Shown here: piece by piece, positions 42,401-54,400 of the stretch | Position numbering within the stretch: the stretch's first letter is position 1 | How the letters are laid out: each line of letters opens with the position of its first letter | Assembly: GCF_009914755.1 (NCBI RefSeq) | Contig: NC_060933.1 | Source of the DNA: the human T2T-CHM13v2.0 reference genome, Homo sapiens | Strand: one strand, 5' to 3' | DNA: 64,000 nucleotides | Position numbers and translations under genes: made by a program | The notes under the pieces: model-generated | Seen by the model: only the letters and a program-made list of their open reading frames with translations | Told to the model about the DNA's origin: nothing | Databases searched by the model: none

Positions 42401-44224
42401 GGAATAGAGTGGAATGGAATGGAATGGAATAGAATGGAATCCACCCGAGTGCAGGGGAATGGAATGGAATGGTATGCAATGGAATGGAATCATACGGAAT
42501 GGAATGGAATTGAATGGAATGGAATCAACCCGATTGCAATGGAATGGAGTGGAATGGAATGGAATGGAATGGAAACAACCCGAATGGAATGGAATGGAAT
42601 GGAGTGTAAGGGAAGTGAATAGAATCAATACGAATGTAATGGAATGGAATGGAACGGAATGGAATGCAATTGAATGGAATGGAATCCAATGGAATGGGTT
42701 CAACCCGAGTGCAATGGAATGGAATCGAAAGTAATGGAATGGAATGGAATGGATTCAACAAGAATGGAATGGAAAGGAATGGAATCAACCCGAGTGGAAT
42801 GGAATTTAATGGAATGGAATGGAATGGAATGCAGTGAAATGAAATCAAACCTAGTGCAATGGAATGGAATGGAATGGAATGGAATGGAATGGAATGGATT
42901 AGATTCAACCCAAATGGAATGGAAAGCAATGGAATCAACCCGAGTGGAATGGCATGGAATGGAATGGAATGGAATGGAATGGAAAGGTACGGAATAGAAT
43001 GGAATGGAACGAAATGGAATGGAATGGAATGGAATGGAATGGAATGGAATGGAATGGAATGGAATAGAATGGAATCCACCCGATTGCAGGGGAATGGAAT
43101 GGAATGGAATGCAATGGAATGGAATGGAATGGATTCAACCCGAATGGAATGGAAAGGAAAGGAATAAACCCGAGTGAAATGGCATGGAAGGGAATGGAAT
43201 GGAATGCAATGCTACGGAGTAGAATGGAATGGAACGAAATGGAATGGAATGGAATGGAATGGAATGGAATGGAATTGGATGGAATGAACCCGTGAGCAAT
43301 GGAATGGAATGGAATGGAATGGAATGGAATGGAATGGAATGGGTTCAACTCGAATGGAATGGAAAGGAATGGAATCAACCCGAGTGGAATGGCATGGAAT
43401 GGAATGGAATGGAATGGAATGGAATGGAATGGATTCAACCCGAATGGAATGGATTCAACCCGAATGGAATGGAAAGGAATGGAATAAACCCGAGTGGAAT
43501 GGCATGGAATGGAGTGGAATGGAATGGAATGGAAGGGAATGGTACGGAATAGAATGGAATGGAACGAAATGGAATGGAATGGAATGGAATGGAATGGAAT
43601 GGAATGAACCCGTGTGCAATTGAATGGAATCGAATGGAATGGAATGCAATGGAATGGATTCAACTAGAATGGAATGGAAAGGAATGGAATCAACTCGAGT
43701 GGAATGGCATGGCATGGGATGGAATGGAATGGAATGGAATGGAATGGAAAGGTACGGAATAGAATGGAATGGAACGAAATGGAATGGAATGGAATGGAAT
43801 GAATGGAATGCAATGGAATAGAATGGAATCCACCCGATTGCAGGGGAATGGAATGGAACGGAATACAATGGAATGGAATGGAATGGAATGGATTCAACCC
43901 GAATGCAATGGAAAGGAATGGAATCAACCCGAGTGGAATGGCATGGAATGGAATGGAATGGAATGGAATGGAATGGTACGGAATAGAATGGAATGGAACG
44001 AAATGGAATGGAATGGAATGGAATGGAATGGAATGGAATGGAATCAACCTGAGTGCAATGGAATGGAGTGGAATGGAATGTAATGGAACGGAAACAACCC
44101 GAATGGAATGGAATGTAATGGAGTGTAAGGGAACTGAATACAATCAATCCGAATGTAATGGAATGGAATGGAACGGAATGGAATGGAATGGAATGGAATG
44201 GAATGGAATGGAATGGAATGAAAT

Positions 44225-45580
44225 GGAATGGCAGGGAATGGAATGGAATCAACCCGAGTGCAAAGTAATGGAATGGAATGGAATGGAATGGAATGGAATG
44301 GAATGGATTCAACCCGAATGGAATGGAAAGGAATGTAATAAACCTGAGTGGAATGGCATGGAATGGAATGGAATGGAATGGAATGGTACGGAATAGAATG
44401 GAATGGAACGAAATGGAATGGAATGGAATGGAATGGAATGGAATCAACCTGAGTGCAATGGAATGGAGTAGAATGGAAAGTAATGGAATGGAAACAACCC
44501 GAATGGAATGGAATGTAATGGAGTGTAAGGGAATTGAATACAATCAATCCGAATGTAATGGAATGGAATGGAACGGAATGGAATGGAATGGAATGCAGTG
44601 GAATGGAACCAAACCTAGTGCAATGGAATGGAATGGAATGGAATGGAATGGAATGGATTGGATTCAACCCAAATGGAATGGAAAGCAATGGAATCAACCC
44701 GAGTGGAATGGCATGGAATGGAATGGAATGGAATGGAATGGAATGGAATGGTACAGAATAAAATGGAATGGAACGAAATGGAATGGAATGGAATGGAATG
44801 GAACGGAATGGAATGGAATCAACTCGATTGCAATGGAATGGAATGGAATGGAATGGAATGGAATTAACGCGAATAGAATGGAATGGAATGTAATGGAACG
44901 GAATGGAATGGAATGGGATGGAATGGAATCAATCTGAGTGCAGGAGAATGGAATGGAATGGAATGCAATGGAATGGAATGGAATGGAATGGAATGCAATG
45001 GAATCAACTAGATTGCAATGGGATGGAATGGAATGGAATGGAATGGAAGGGAATGGAATGGAATGGAATTAACCTGAACAGAATGGAATGGAATGGAATG
45101 GAACGGAATGGAATGGAATGGAATGGAATGGAATGGAATGCAATGCAATGGGATCAACCCGAGTGCAGGGGAATGGAATGGAATGGAATGCAATGGAATG
45201 GAATCAATCAACCCGAGTGCAATAGAATGAAGTGGAATGGAATGGAATGGAATGGAAAGTACCCGAATGGAAAGGAATATAATGGAGTGTAAGGGAATTA
45301 AAAAGAATCAATCCGAATGTAATGGAATGGAATGGAACAGAATGGAATGGAATGGAATGGAATGGAATGGAATGGAATGAAATGGAATGGCATGGAATGG
45401 AATGGAATCAACCCGAGTTCAATGGATTGGAATCAAATGGAATGGAATGGAATGGAATGGATTCAACCCGAATGGAATGGAAAGGAATGGAATAAACCCG
45501 AGTGAAATGGCATGGAAGGGAATGGAATGGAATGGAATGGTAAGGAATAGAATGGAATGGAACGAAATGGAATGGAATGG
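44225..45580 (-). repeat. Inverted copy of ~35,200-36,515
   Basis: Rare variants match as reverse complements: GCAGGGAATG...GAGTGCAAAG, AAACCTGAGTGG, AACTAGATTGCAATGGGATGG, GTACCCGAATGGAAAGG, CCCGAGTTCAATGG and TAAGGAATAG. Confidence 0.8.
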
Positions 45581-48296
45581 AATGGAATGGAATGGAATGC
45601 AATGGAATGGAATGAACCCGTGAGCAATGGAATGGAATGGAATGGAATGGAATGGAATGGAAGGGAATGGAATGGGTTCAATTCGAATGGAATGGAAAGG
45701 AATGGAATCAACCCGAGTGCAATGGCATGGAATGGAATGGAATGGAATGGAATGGATTCAACCCGAATGGAATGGAAAGGAATGGAATAAACCCGAGTGG
45801 AATGGCATGGAATGGAGTGGAATGGAATGGAATGGAATGGAATGGAATGGAATGGAATTAACCCTAATAGAATGGAATGGAATGCAATGGAATGGAATGG
45901 AATGGAATTGAATGGAAGGGAATGGAATGGAATGGAATGGAATGGAATTAACACGAATAGAATGGAATGGAATGGAATGGAATGGAATGGAATGGAATCA
46001 ACTCGATTTCAGTGGAATGGAATGGAATGGAATGGAATGGAATGGAAGGGAATGGAATGAAATTAACCCGAATAGAATGGAATGGAATGGAATGGAATGG
46101 AATGGAATGGAATGGTATGGAATAGAATGGAATGGAACTAAATGGAATGGAATGGAATGGAATGGAATGAAATGAAATGAACCCGTGTGCAATGGAATGG
46201 AATGGAATGGAATGGAATGGATGGAATGGAAATTAATAGAACGGAATCAACACGAGTGGAATGGAATGGAAAGGACTGGAATGGAATGGAATGGAATGGA
46301 ATCAACTCGATTGTAATGGAATGGAATGGAATGGAATGGAATGGAATGGAATGGAATGGAATCAACCCGAATGCAGGGGAATGGAATGGAATGGAATGCA
46401 ATGGAATGGTATCATCCGGAATGGAATGGAATGGAATGGAATGCAAAGCAATGGAATCAACTCGATTGCAATGGAATGGAATGGAATGGAAAGGAATACA
46501 TTGGAATCAACCCGACTGGAATGGAATGGAAAGGACTGGAATGGAGTGGAATGGAATGGAATGGAATGGAATGGAATGAACTTGATTGGAATGGAATGGA
46601 ATGGAATGGAATGGAATGGAATGGAATTAACCCGAATAGAATGGAATGGAATGGAATGGAACGGAACGGAATGGAATGGAATGGAATGGAATGGAATGGA
46701 ATCAACCCGACTGCAGGGGAATGGAATGGAATGGAATGCAATGCAATGGATTCAACTTGAATGGAATGGAAAGAATGGAATCAACACGAGTGGAATGGCA
46801 TGGATTGGAATGGAATGGAATGGAATCAACCCGAGTACAGGGGAATGGAATGGAATGGAATGCAATGGAATGGAATCATCCGTAATGGAATGGAAAGGAA
46901 TGGAATGGAATGGAATGGAATGGAATGGAATGGAATGGAATGGAATCAACTCGATTGCAATCGAATGGAATGGAATGGAATTAACCCGAATAGAATGGAA
47001 TGGAATGGAATGGAACGGAACGGAATGGAATGGAATGGAATGGAATGGAATGGAATGGAATGGAATTAACACGAATACAATGCAATGGAATGGAATGGAA
47101 CGGAATGGAGTGGAATGGAATGGAATCAACCCGAGTGCAGGGGAATGGAATGGAATGGAATGCAATGGAAGGGAATCATCCGGAATGGAATGGAATGGAA
47201 TGGAATGCAAAGCAATGGAATCAACTCGATTGCAATGGAATGGAATGGAATGGAAAGGAATACATTGGAATCAACCCGAGTGGAAAGGAATGGAAAGGAC
47301 TGGAATGGAGTGGAATGGAATGGAATGGAATGGAATGGAATGGAATGGAATGGAATTAACCCGAATAGAAAGGAATGGAATGGAATGGAACGGAACGGAA
47401 TGGAATGGAATGGAATGGAATGGAATGGAATGGAATGGAATCAACCCGACTGCAGGGGAATGGAATGGAATGGAATGCAATGGAATGGATTCAACTTGAA
47501 TGGAATGGTAAGAATGGAATCAACACGAGTGGAATGGCATGGATTGGAATGGAATGGAATGGAATCAACCCGAGTACAGTGGAATGGAATGGAATGGAAT
47601 GCAATGGAATGGAATCATCCGTAATGGAATGGAAAGGAATGGAATGGAATGGAATGGAATGGAATGGAATGGAATCAACTCGATTGAAATCGAATGGAAT
47701 GGAATGGAGTTAACCCGAATAGAATGGAATGGAATGGAATGGAACGGAACGGAACGGAAGGGAACGGAATGGAATGGAATGGAATGGAATGGAATGGAAC
47801 GGAGAGGAATGGAATGGAATGGAATGGAATGGAATGGAATCAACGCGAGTGAAGGGGAATGGAATGGAATGGAATGCAATGGAATGGAATCTTCCGGAAT
47901 GGAATGGAATGGAATGGAATGGAATGGAATGGAATGGAATGGAATAAACCCGAGTGCAATGGAATGGAGTGGAATGGAATGGAATGGAATGGAACAACCC
48001 GAATGGAATGGAGTGTAATGGAGACTAAGGGAGTTGAATAGAATCTATCCGAATGTAATGGAATGCAATGGAACGGAATGGAAGTGAATGGAATGGAATG
48101 GAATGGAATGCAATGGAATGGAATCAACCCGAGTGCAATGGAATGGAGAGGAATGGAATGGAATGCCATGGAAACTACCCGAATGGAATGGAATGTAATG
48201 GAGTGTAAGGGAATTGAATAGAATCAATCCGAATGTAATGGAATGGAATGGAACGGAATGGAATGGAATGGAATGGAATGGAATGCAATGGAATGG

Positions 48297-48450
48297 AATC
48301 AACCCGAGTGCAATCGAATGGAATCGAATGGAATGGAATGCAATGGAATGGATTCAACTTGAATGGAATGGAAAGAATGGAATCAACACGAGTGGAATGG
48401 CATGGATTGGAATGGAATGGAATGGAATCAACCCGAGTACAGGGGAATGG
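48297..48450 (+). repeat. pHuR98-like ~155-bp SatIII segment (representative copy)
   Basis: AATCAACCCGAGTGCAATCGAATGGAATCG...GGATTCAACTTG...CAACACGAGTGG...CCCGAGTACAGG. Further copies at about 54425, 55288, 58468, 60170, 61827 and 62524. It resembles the chr9 SatIII probe/primer target as I recall it. Confidence 0.55.
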
Positions 48451-51400
48451 AATGGAATTTAATGCAATGGAATGGAATCATCCGTAATGGAATGGAAAGG
48501 AATGGAATGGAATGGAATGGAATGGAATGGAATCAACACGATTGCAATCGAATGGAATGGAATGGAATTAACCCGAATAGAATGGAATGGAATGGAATGG
48601 AAGAGAACGGAATGGAATGGAATGGAATGGAATGGAATGGAACGGAACGGAACGGAACGGAACGGAACGGAACGGAAAGGAATGGAATGGAATGGAATGG
48701 AATCAACGCGAGTGCAGGGGAATGGAATGGAATGGAATGCAATGGAATGGAATCTTCCGGAATGGAATGGAATGGAATGGAATGGAATGAAATGCAATGG
48801 ATTCAACTCGATTGCAATGGAATGGAATAGAATGGAATGGAATGGAATGGAATGGAATGGAATTACCCCGAATAGAATGGAATGGAATGGAATGGAACGG
48901 AACGGAACGGAACGGAATGGAATGGAATGGAATGGAATGGAATGGAATGCAATGGTATGGAATCGAATGGAATGGTACGGAATAGAATGGAATGGAAAGA
49001 ATTGTAATGGAATGGAATTGAATGGAATGGAATGGAATGGAATGGAATCAACGCGAGTGCAGGGGAATGTAATGGAACGGAATGCAATGGATTGGAATCA
49101 TCCGGAATGGAATGGAATGGAATTGAATGGAATGGAATGGAATCAACCCGAGTGCAATGGAATGCAGTGGAATGGAATGGAATGGAATGGAACAACCCGA
49201 ATGGAATGGAATGTAATGGAGAGTAAGGGAGTTGAATAGAATCAATCCGAATGTAATGGAATGGAATGCAACGGAGTGGAATGGAATGGAATGGAATGGA
49301 ATGGAATGGAATGCAAAGGAATGGAATCAACCCGAGTGCAATGGCATGGAATGGAATGCAATGGAATGGAAGTTAATGGAATCAACTCCAGTGGAAAGGA
49401 ATGGAATGGAATGGAAAGGAATGGAATGAAATCAAGTCGAGTGGAATGGAATGGAATGGAATGGATTGGAATAGATTGCAACGGAATGAAATGGAATGGA
49501 ATGGAATGGAATCAATCATTCCGAGTAGAATGGAAGGTAATGTAATGGAGTGGAAAGAAGGGAATGGAATCAACCCGATTGGAATGCAAGGCAATGGAAT
49601 GGAATGGAAAGGAATGGAATGCAATCAACTCGATTGCAATGGAATGGAACGGAATGGAATGGAATGGAAGGTAATGGAATCAACACGAGTGCAGGGGAAT
49701 GGAATGGAATGGAATGCAATGGAATGGAATCATCCGGAATGGAATGGAATGGAATGGAATCAACTCCATTGTAATGGAATGGAATGGAATGGAATGGAAT
49801 AGAATGGAATGGAATTAACCCGAATAGAACGGAATGCAATAGAATGGAATGGAACGGAACCGAATGGAGTGGAATGGAATGGAATGGAATCAACATGAGT
49901 GCAGGGGAATGGAATGGAATGGAATGCAATGGAATGGAATCATCCGGAATGGAATGGAATGGAATGGAATGGAATCAAACCGAGTGCAATGGAATCGTGT
50001 GAAATGGAATGGAATGGAATGGAAACAACCTGAATGGATTGGAATATAATGGAGTGCAAGGGAATTGAATAGAATCAATCTGAATGTAATGAAATGGAAT
50101 GGAACGGAATGGAATGGAATGGAATGGAATCGAATGGAATGGAATGGAATGGAATCAACCCGAGTGCAATGGAATGGATTCGAATGGAATGGAATGGAGT
50201 GGAATGGATTCAACTTGAATGGAATGGAAAGAATGGAATCAACACGAGTGGAATGGCATGGAATGGAATGGAAAGGAATGGCGTGGAATGGAATGGAATG
50301 GTTCGGAATAGAATGGATTGGAACAAAATGGAATGGAATGGAATGGAATGGAATGGAATGGAATCAACGCGATTGAAGGGGAATGTAATGGAACGGAATG
50401 CAATGGAATGGAATCATCCGGAGTGGAATGGAATGGAATGGAATGGAATGGAATGGAATCAACCCGAGTGCAATGGAATGGAGTGGAATGGAATGGAATG
50501 GAATGGAACAACCCGAATAGAATGGAATGTAATGGAGAGTAAGGGAGTTGAATAGAATCAATCCGAATGGAATGGAATGTAATTGAGAGTAAGGGAGTTG
50601 AATAGAATCAATCCGAATGTAATGGAATGGATAGGAACGGAATAGAATTGAATGGAATGGAATGGAATGCAATGGAATGGAATCAACCCGAGTACAATGG
50701 AATGAAATGGAATGGAATGGAATGGAATGGAATGGAATGGAATGGAATGGAACGGAATGGAACGGAACGGAATGGAATGGAATGGAATGGAATGGAATGG
50801 AATGGAATGGAACGGAAAGGAATGGAATGGAATGGAATGGAATGGAATGGAATCAACGCGAGTGCAGGGCAATGGAATGGAATGGAATGCAATGGAATGG
50901 AATCTTCCGGAATGGAATGGAATGGAATGGAATGGAATGGAATGGAATCAACCCGAGTGCAATGGAAAGGAGTGGAATGGAATGGAATGGAACAGCCCGA
51001 ATGGAATGGAATGTAATGGAGAGTAAGGGAGTTGAATAGAATCAATCCGAATGTAAAGGAATGGAATGGAACGGAATGGAATGGAATGGAATGGAATGGA
51101 ATGCAATGGAATGGAATCAACCCGAGTACAATGGAATGGAATGGAATGGAATGGAATGGAATGGAATGGAATGGAATGGAATGAAATGGAATCAATCCGA
51201 GTGCAATGGAATAGAGAGGAATGGAATGGAAAGGAATGGAAACTACCCGAATGGAATGGAATGTAATGGAGTGTAAGGGAATTGAATAGAATCAATCCGA
51301 ATGGAATGGAATGGAATGGAACGGAATGTAATGTAATGGAATGGAATGGAATCAACCCGAGTGCAGGGGAAACGAATGGAATGGAATGCAATGGAATGGA

Positions 51401-54400
51401 ATGGAATGGAATGGAATGGAATCAACTCGATTGCAATCGAATGGAAAGGAAGGGAATTAACCCGAATAGAATGGAATGGAATGGAATGGAACGGAACGGA
51501 ACGGAATGGAATGGAATGGAATGGAATGGAATGGAAAGTATTGGAATGGAATGCAATGGAAAGGAATGGAATGGAATGTAATGGAATGGAATGGAATGGA
51601 ATCAACGCGAGTGCAGGGGAATGGAATGGAATCGAATTTAATGGAATGGAATGGAATGGAATCAACCCGACTGTAGGGGAATGTAATGGAACTGAATGCA
51701 ATGGAATGGAATCATCCGGAATGGAATGGAATGGAATGGAATGGAATGGAATGGAATCAACCCAAGTACAGGGGAATGGAATGGAATGCAATGCAATGGA
51801 ATGGAATCATCCGTAATGGAATGGAAATGAATGGAATGGAAAGGAATGGAATGGAATGGAATGGAATGGAATGGAATGGAATCAACTCGATTGCAATCGA
51901 ATGGAATGGAATGGAATTAACCCGAATAGAATGGAATGGAATGGAATGGAACGGAACGGAATGGAATGGAATGGAATGGAATGGAATGGAACCGAACGGA
52001 ACGGAATGGAATGGAATGGAATCAACGCGAGTGCAGGGGAAAGGAATGGAATGGAATGCAATGGAAAGGAATCTTCCGGAATGGAATGGAATGGAATGGA
52101 ATGCAATGGATTCAACTCGATTGCAATGGTATGGAGTAGAATGGAATGGAATGAAATGGAATGGAATGGAATGGAATTAACCCGAATAGAATGGAATGGA
52201 ATGGAACGGAATGGAACGGAACGGAACGGAACGGAATGGAATGGAATGGAATGGAATGGAATTGAATGGAATGGAATGGTATGGAATGGAATGGAATGGA
52301 ATGGAGTCAACGCGAGTGCAGGGGAATGTAATGGAACGGAATGCAATGGAATGGAATCATCCGGAATGGAATGGAATGGAATGGAATGGAATGGAATGGA
52401 ATGGAATGGAATCAACCCGAGTGCAATGGAATGGAGTGGAATGGAATGGAATGGAATGGAACAACCCGAATGGAATGGAATGTAATGGAGAGTAAGGGAG
52501 TTGAATAGAATCAATCCGAATGTAATGGAATGGAAGGGAATGGAATGGAATGGAATGGAATGGAATGGAATGGAATGGAATGCAAAGGAATGGAATCAAC
52601 CCGAGTACAATGGAATGGAATGGAATGGAATGGAATGGAATGGAATGGAATGGAATGGAATGGAATCCACCCGAGGGCAATGGAATGGAGAGGAATGGAA
52701 TGGAATGGAATGGAAACTACCCGAATGGAATGGAATGTAATGGAGTGTAAGGGAATTGAATAGAATCAATCCGAATGGAACGGAATGGAATGGAACGGAA
52801 TGTAATGTAATGGAATGGAATGGAATCAACCCGAGTGCAGGGGAATGGAATGGAATGGAATGCAATGGAATGGAATCATCCGGAATGGAATGTAATGGAA
52901 TGCAATGGAATGGAATGGAATGGAATCAACCCGAGTGCAATGGAATGGAGTGAAATGGAATGGAATGGAATCGAATGGAAACAACCAGAATGGATTGGAA
53001 TATAATGGAGTGTAAGGGAATTGAATAGAATCAATCTGAATGTAATGAAATGGAATGGAACGGAATGGAATGCAATGGAATGGAATGGAATGGAATGGAA
53101 TGCAATGGAATGGAATCAACCCGAGTACAGGGGAATGGAATGGAATGGAATGCAATGGAATGGAATCATCCGTAATGGAATGGAAAGCAATGGAATGGAA
53201 TGGAATGGAATGGAATGGAATGGAATGGAATGGAATGGAATCAACTCGATTGCAATCGAATGGAATGGAATGGAATTAACCCGAATAGAATGGAATGGAA
53301 TGGAATGGAATGGAACGGAAAGGAATGGAATGGAACGGAATGGAATGGAATGGAATGGAACGGAACGGAATGGAATGGAATGGAATTGAATGGAATGGAA
53401 TGGAATCAACCCAACTGCAGGGGAATGGAATGGAATGGAATGCAATGGAATGGAATCATGCGGAACGGAATGCAATGGAATGGAATGGAATCAACACGAG
53501 TGCAATGGAATGGAGTGGAATGGAATGGAATGGAATGGAATGGAACTACCCGAATGGAATGGAATGTAATGGAGAGTAAGGGAGTTGAATAGAATCAAAC
53601 CGAATGTAATGGAAAGGAATGGAAAGGAATGGAATGGAATGGAATGGAATGCAATGGAATGGAATCAAACCGAGTACAATGGATTTGAATGGAATGGAAT
53701 GGAATGGAATGGAATGGAATCAACACGAGTGCAATGGAATGGAGTGGAATGGAATGGAATGGAATGGAACAACGCGAATGGAATGGAATGTAATGGAGAG
53801 TAAGGGAGTTGAATAGAAACAATCCGAATGTAATGGAATGGAACGGAATGGAATGGAAAGGAATGGAATGGAATGGAATGGAATGGAATGCAATGGAAGG
53901 GAATCAACCCGAGTACAATGGAATGGAATGGAATGGAATGGAATGGAATGGAATGGAATGGAAAGAATGGAATGGAATCAACCCGAGTGCAATGGAATGG
54001 AGAGGAATGGAATGGAATGGAATGGAAACTACCCGAATGGAATGGAATGTAATGGAGTGTAAGGGAATTGAATAGAATCAATCCAAATGGAATGGAATGG
54101 AATGGAACGGAATGTAAAGAATGGAATGGAATGGAATCAACGCGAGTGCAGGGGAATGGAATGGAATGGAATGCAACGGAATGGAATCATCCGGAATGGA
54201 ACGGAATGGAATGCAATGGAATGGAATGGAATGGAATCAACCCGAGTGCAATGGAATGGAGTGAAATGGAATGGAATGGAATGGAAACAACCAGAATGGA
54301 TTGGAATATAATGGAGTGTAAGTGAATTGAATAGAATCAATCTGAATGTAATAAAATGGAATGGAACGGAATGGAATGGAATGGAATGGAATAGAATGGA

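Larger units (their letters stand above)
1150..46220. repeat. HSat3 sub-type A domain spanning the inversion
   Basis: Rich in CATGCCATTCCACTCGGG, CGGGTTTATT, GCACACGGGTTC, CTGTTCAGGTTAA and CAATTCCCTTACACTCC (reverse complements after 37.4 kb). Several of these are rare or absent beyond ~46.2 kb. Confidence 0.7.

Noticed and set aside
37416-46080. Y-chromosome DYZ1 identity suggested by the ~3.5-kb period
   Set aside because: As I recall it, DYZ1 is far more degenerate and is not dominated by the CAACCCGAGT decamer. The period here is local and irregular. Not verified by alignment.
37414-46200. Junction as a read fold-back artefact
   Set aside because: The arms are not exact mirrors: there is a ~1.15-kb unmirrored spacer, many substitutions and rearranged blocks. 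An artefact is therefore unlikely, though read support cannot be checked here.
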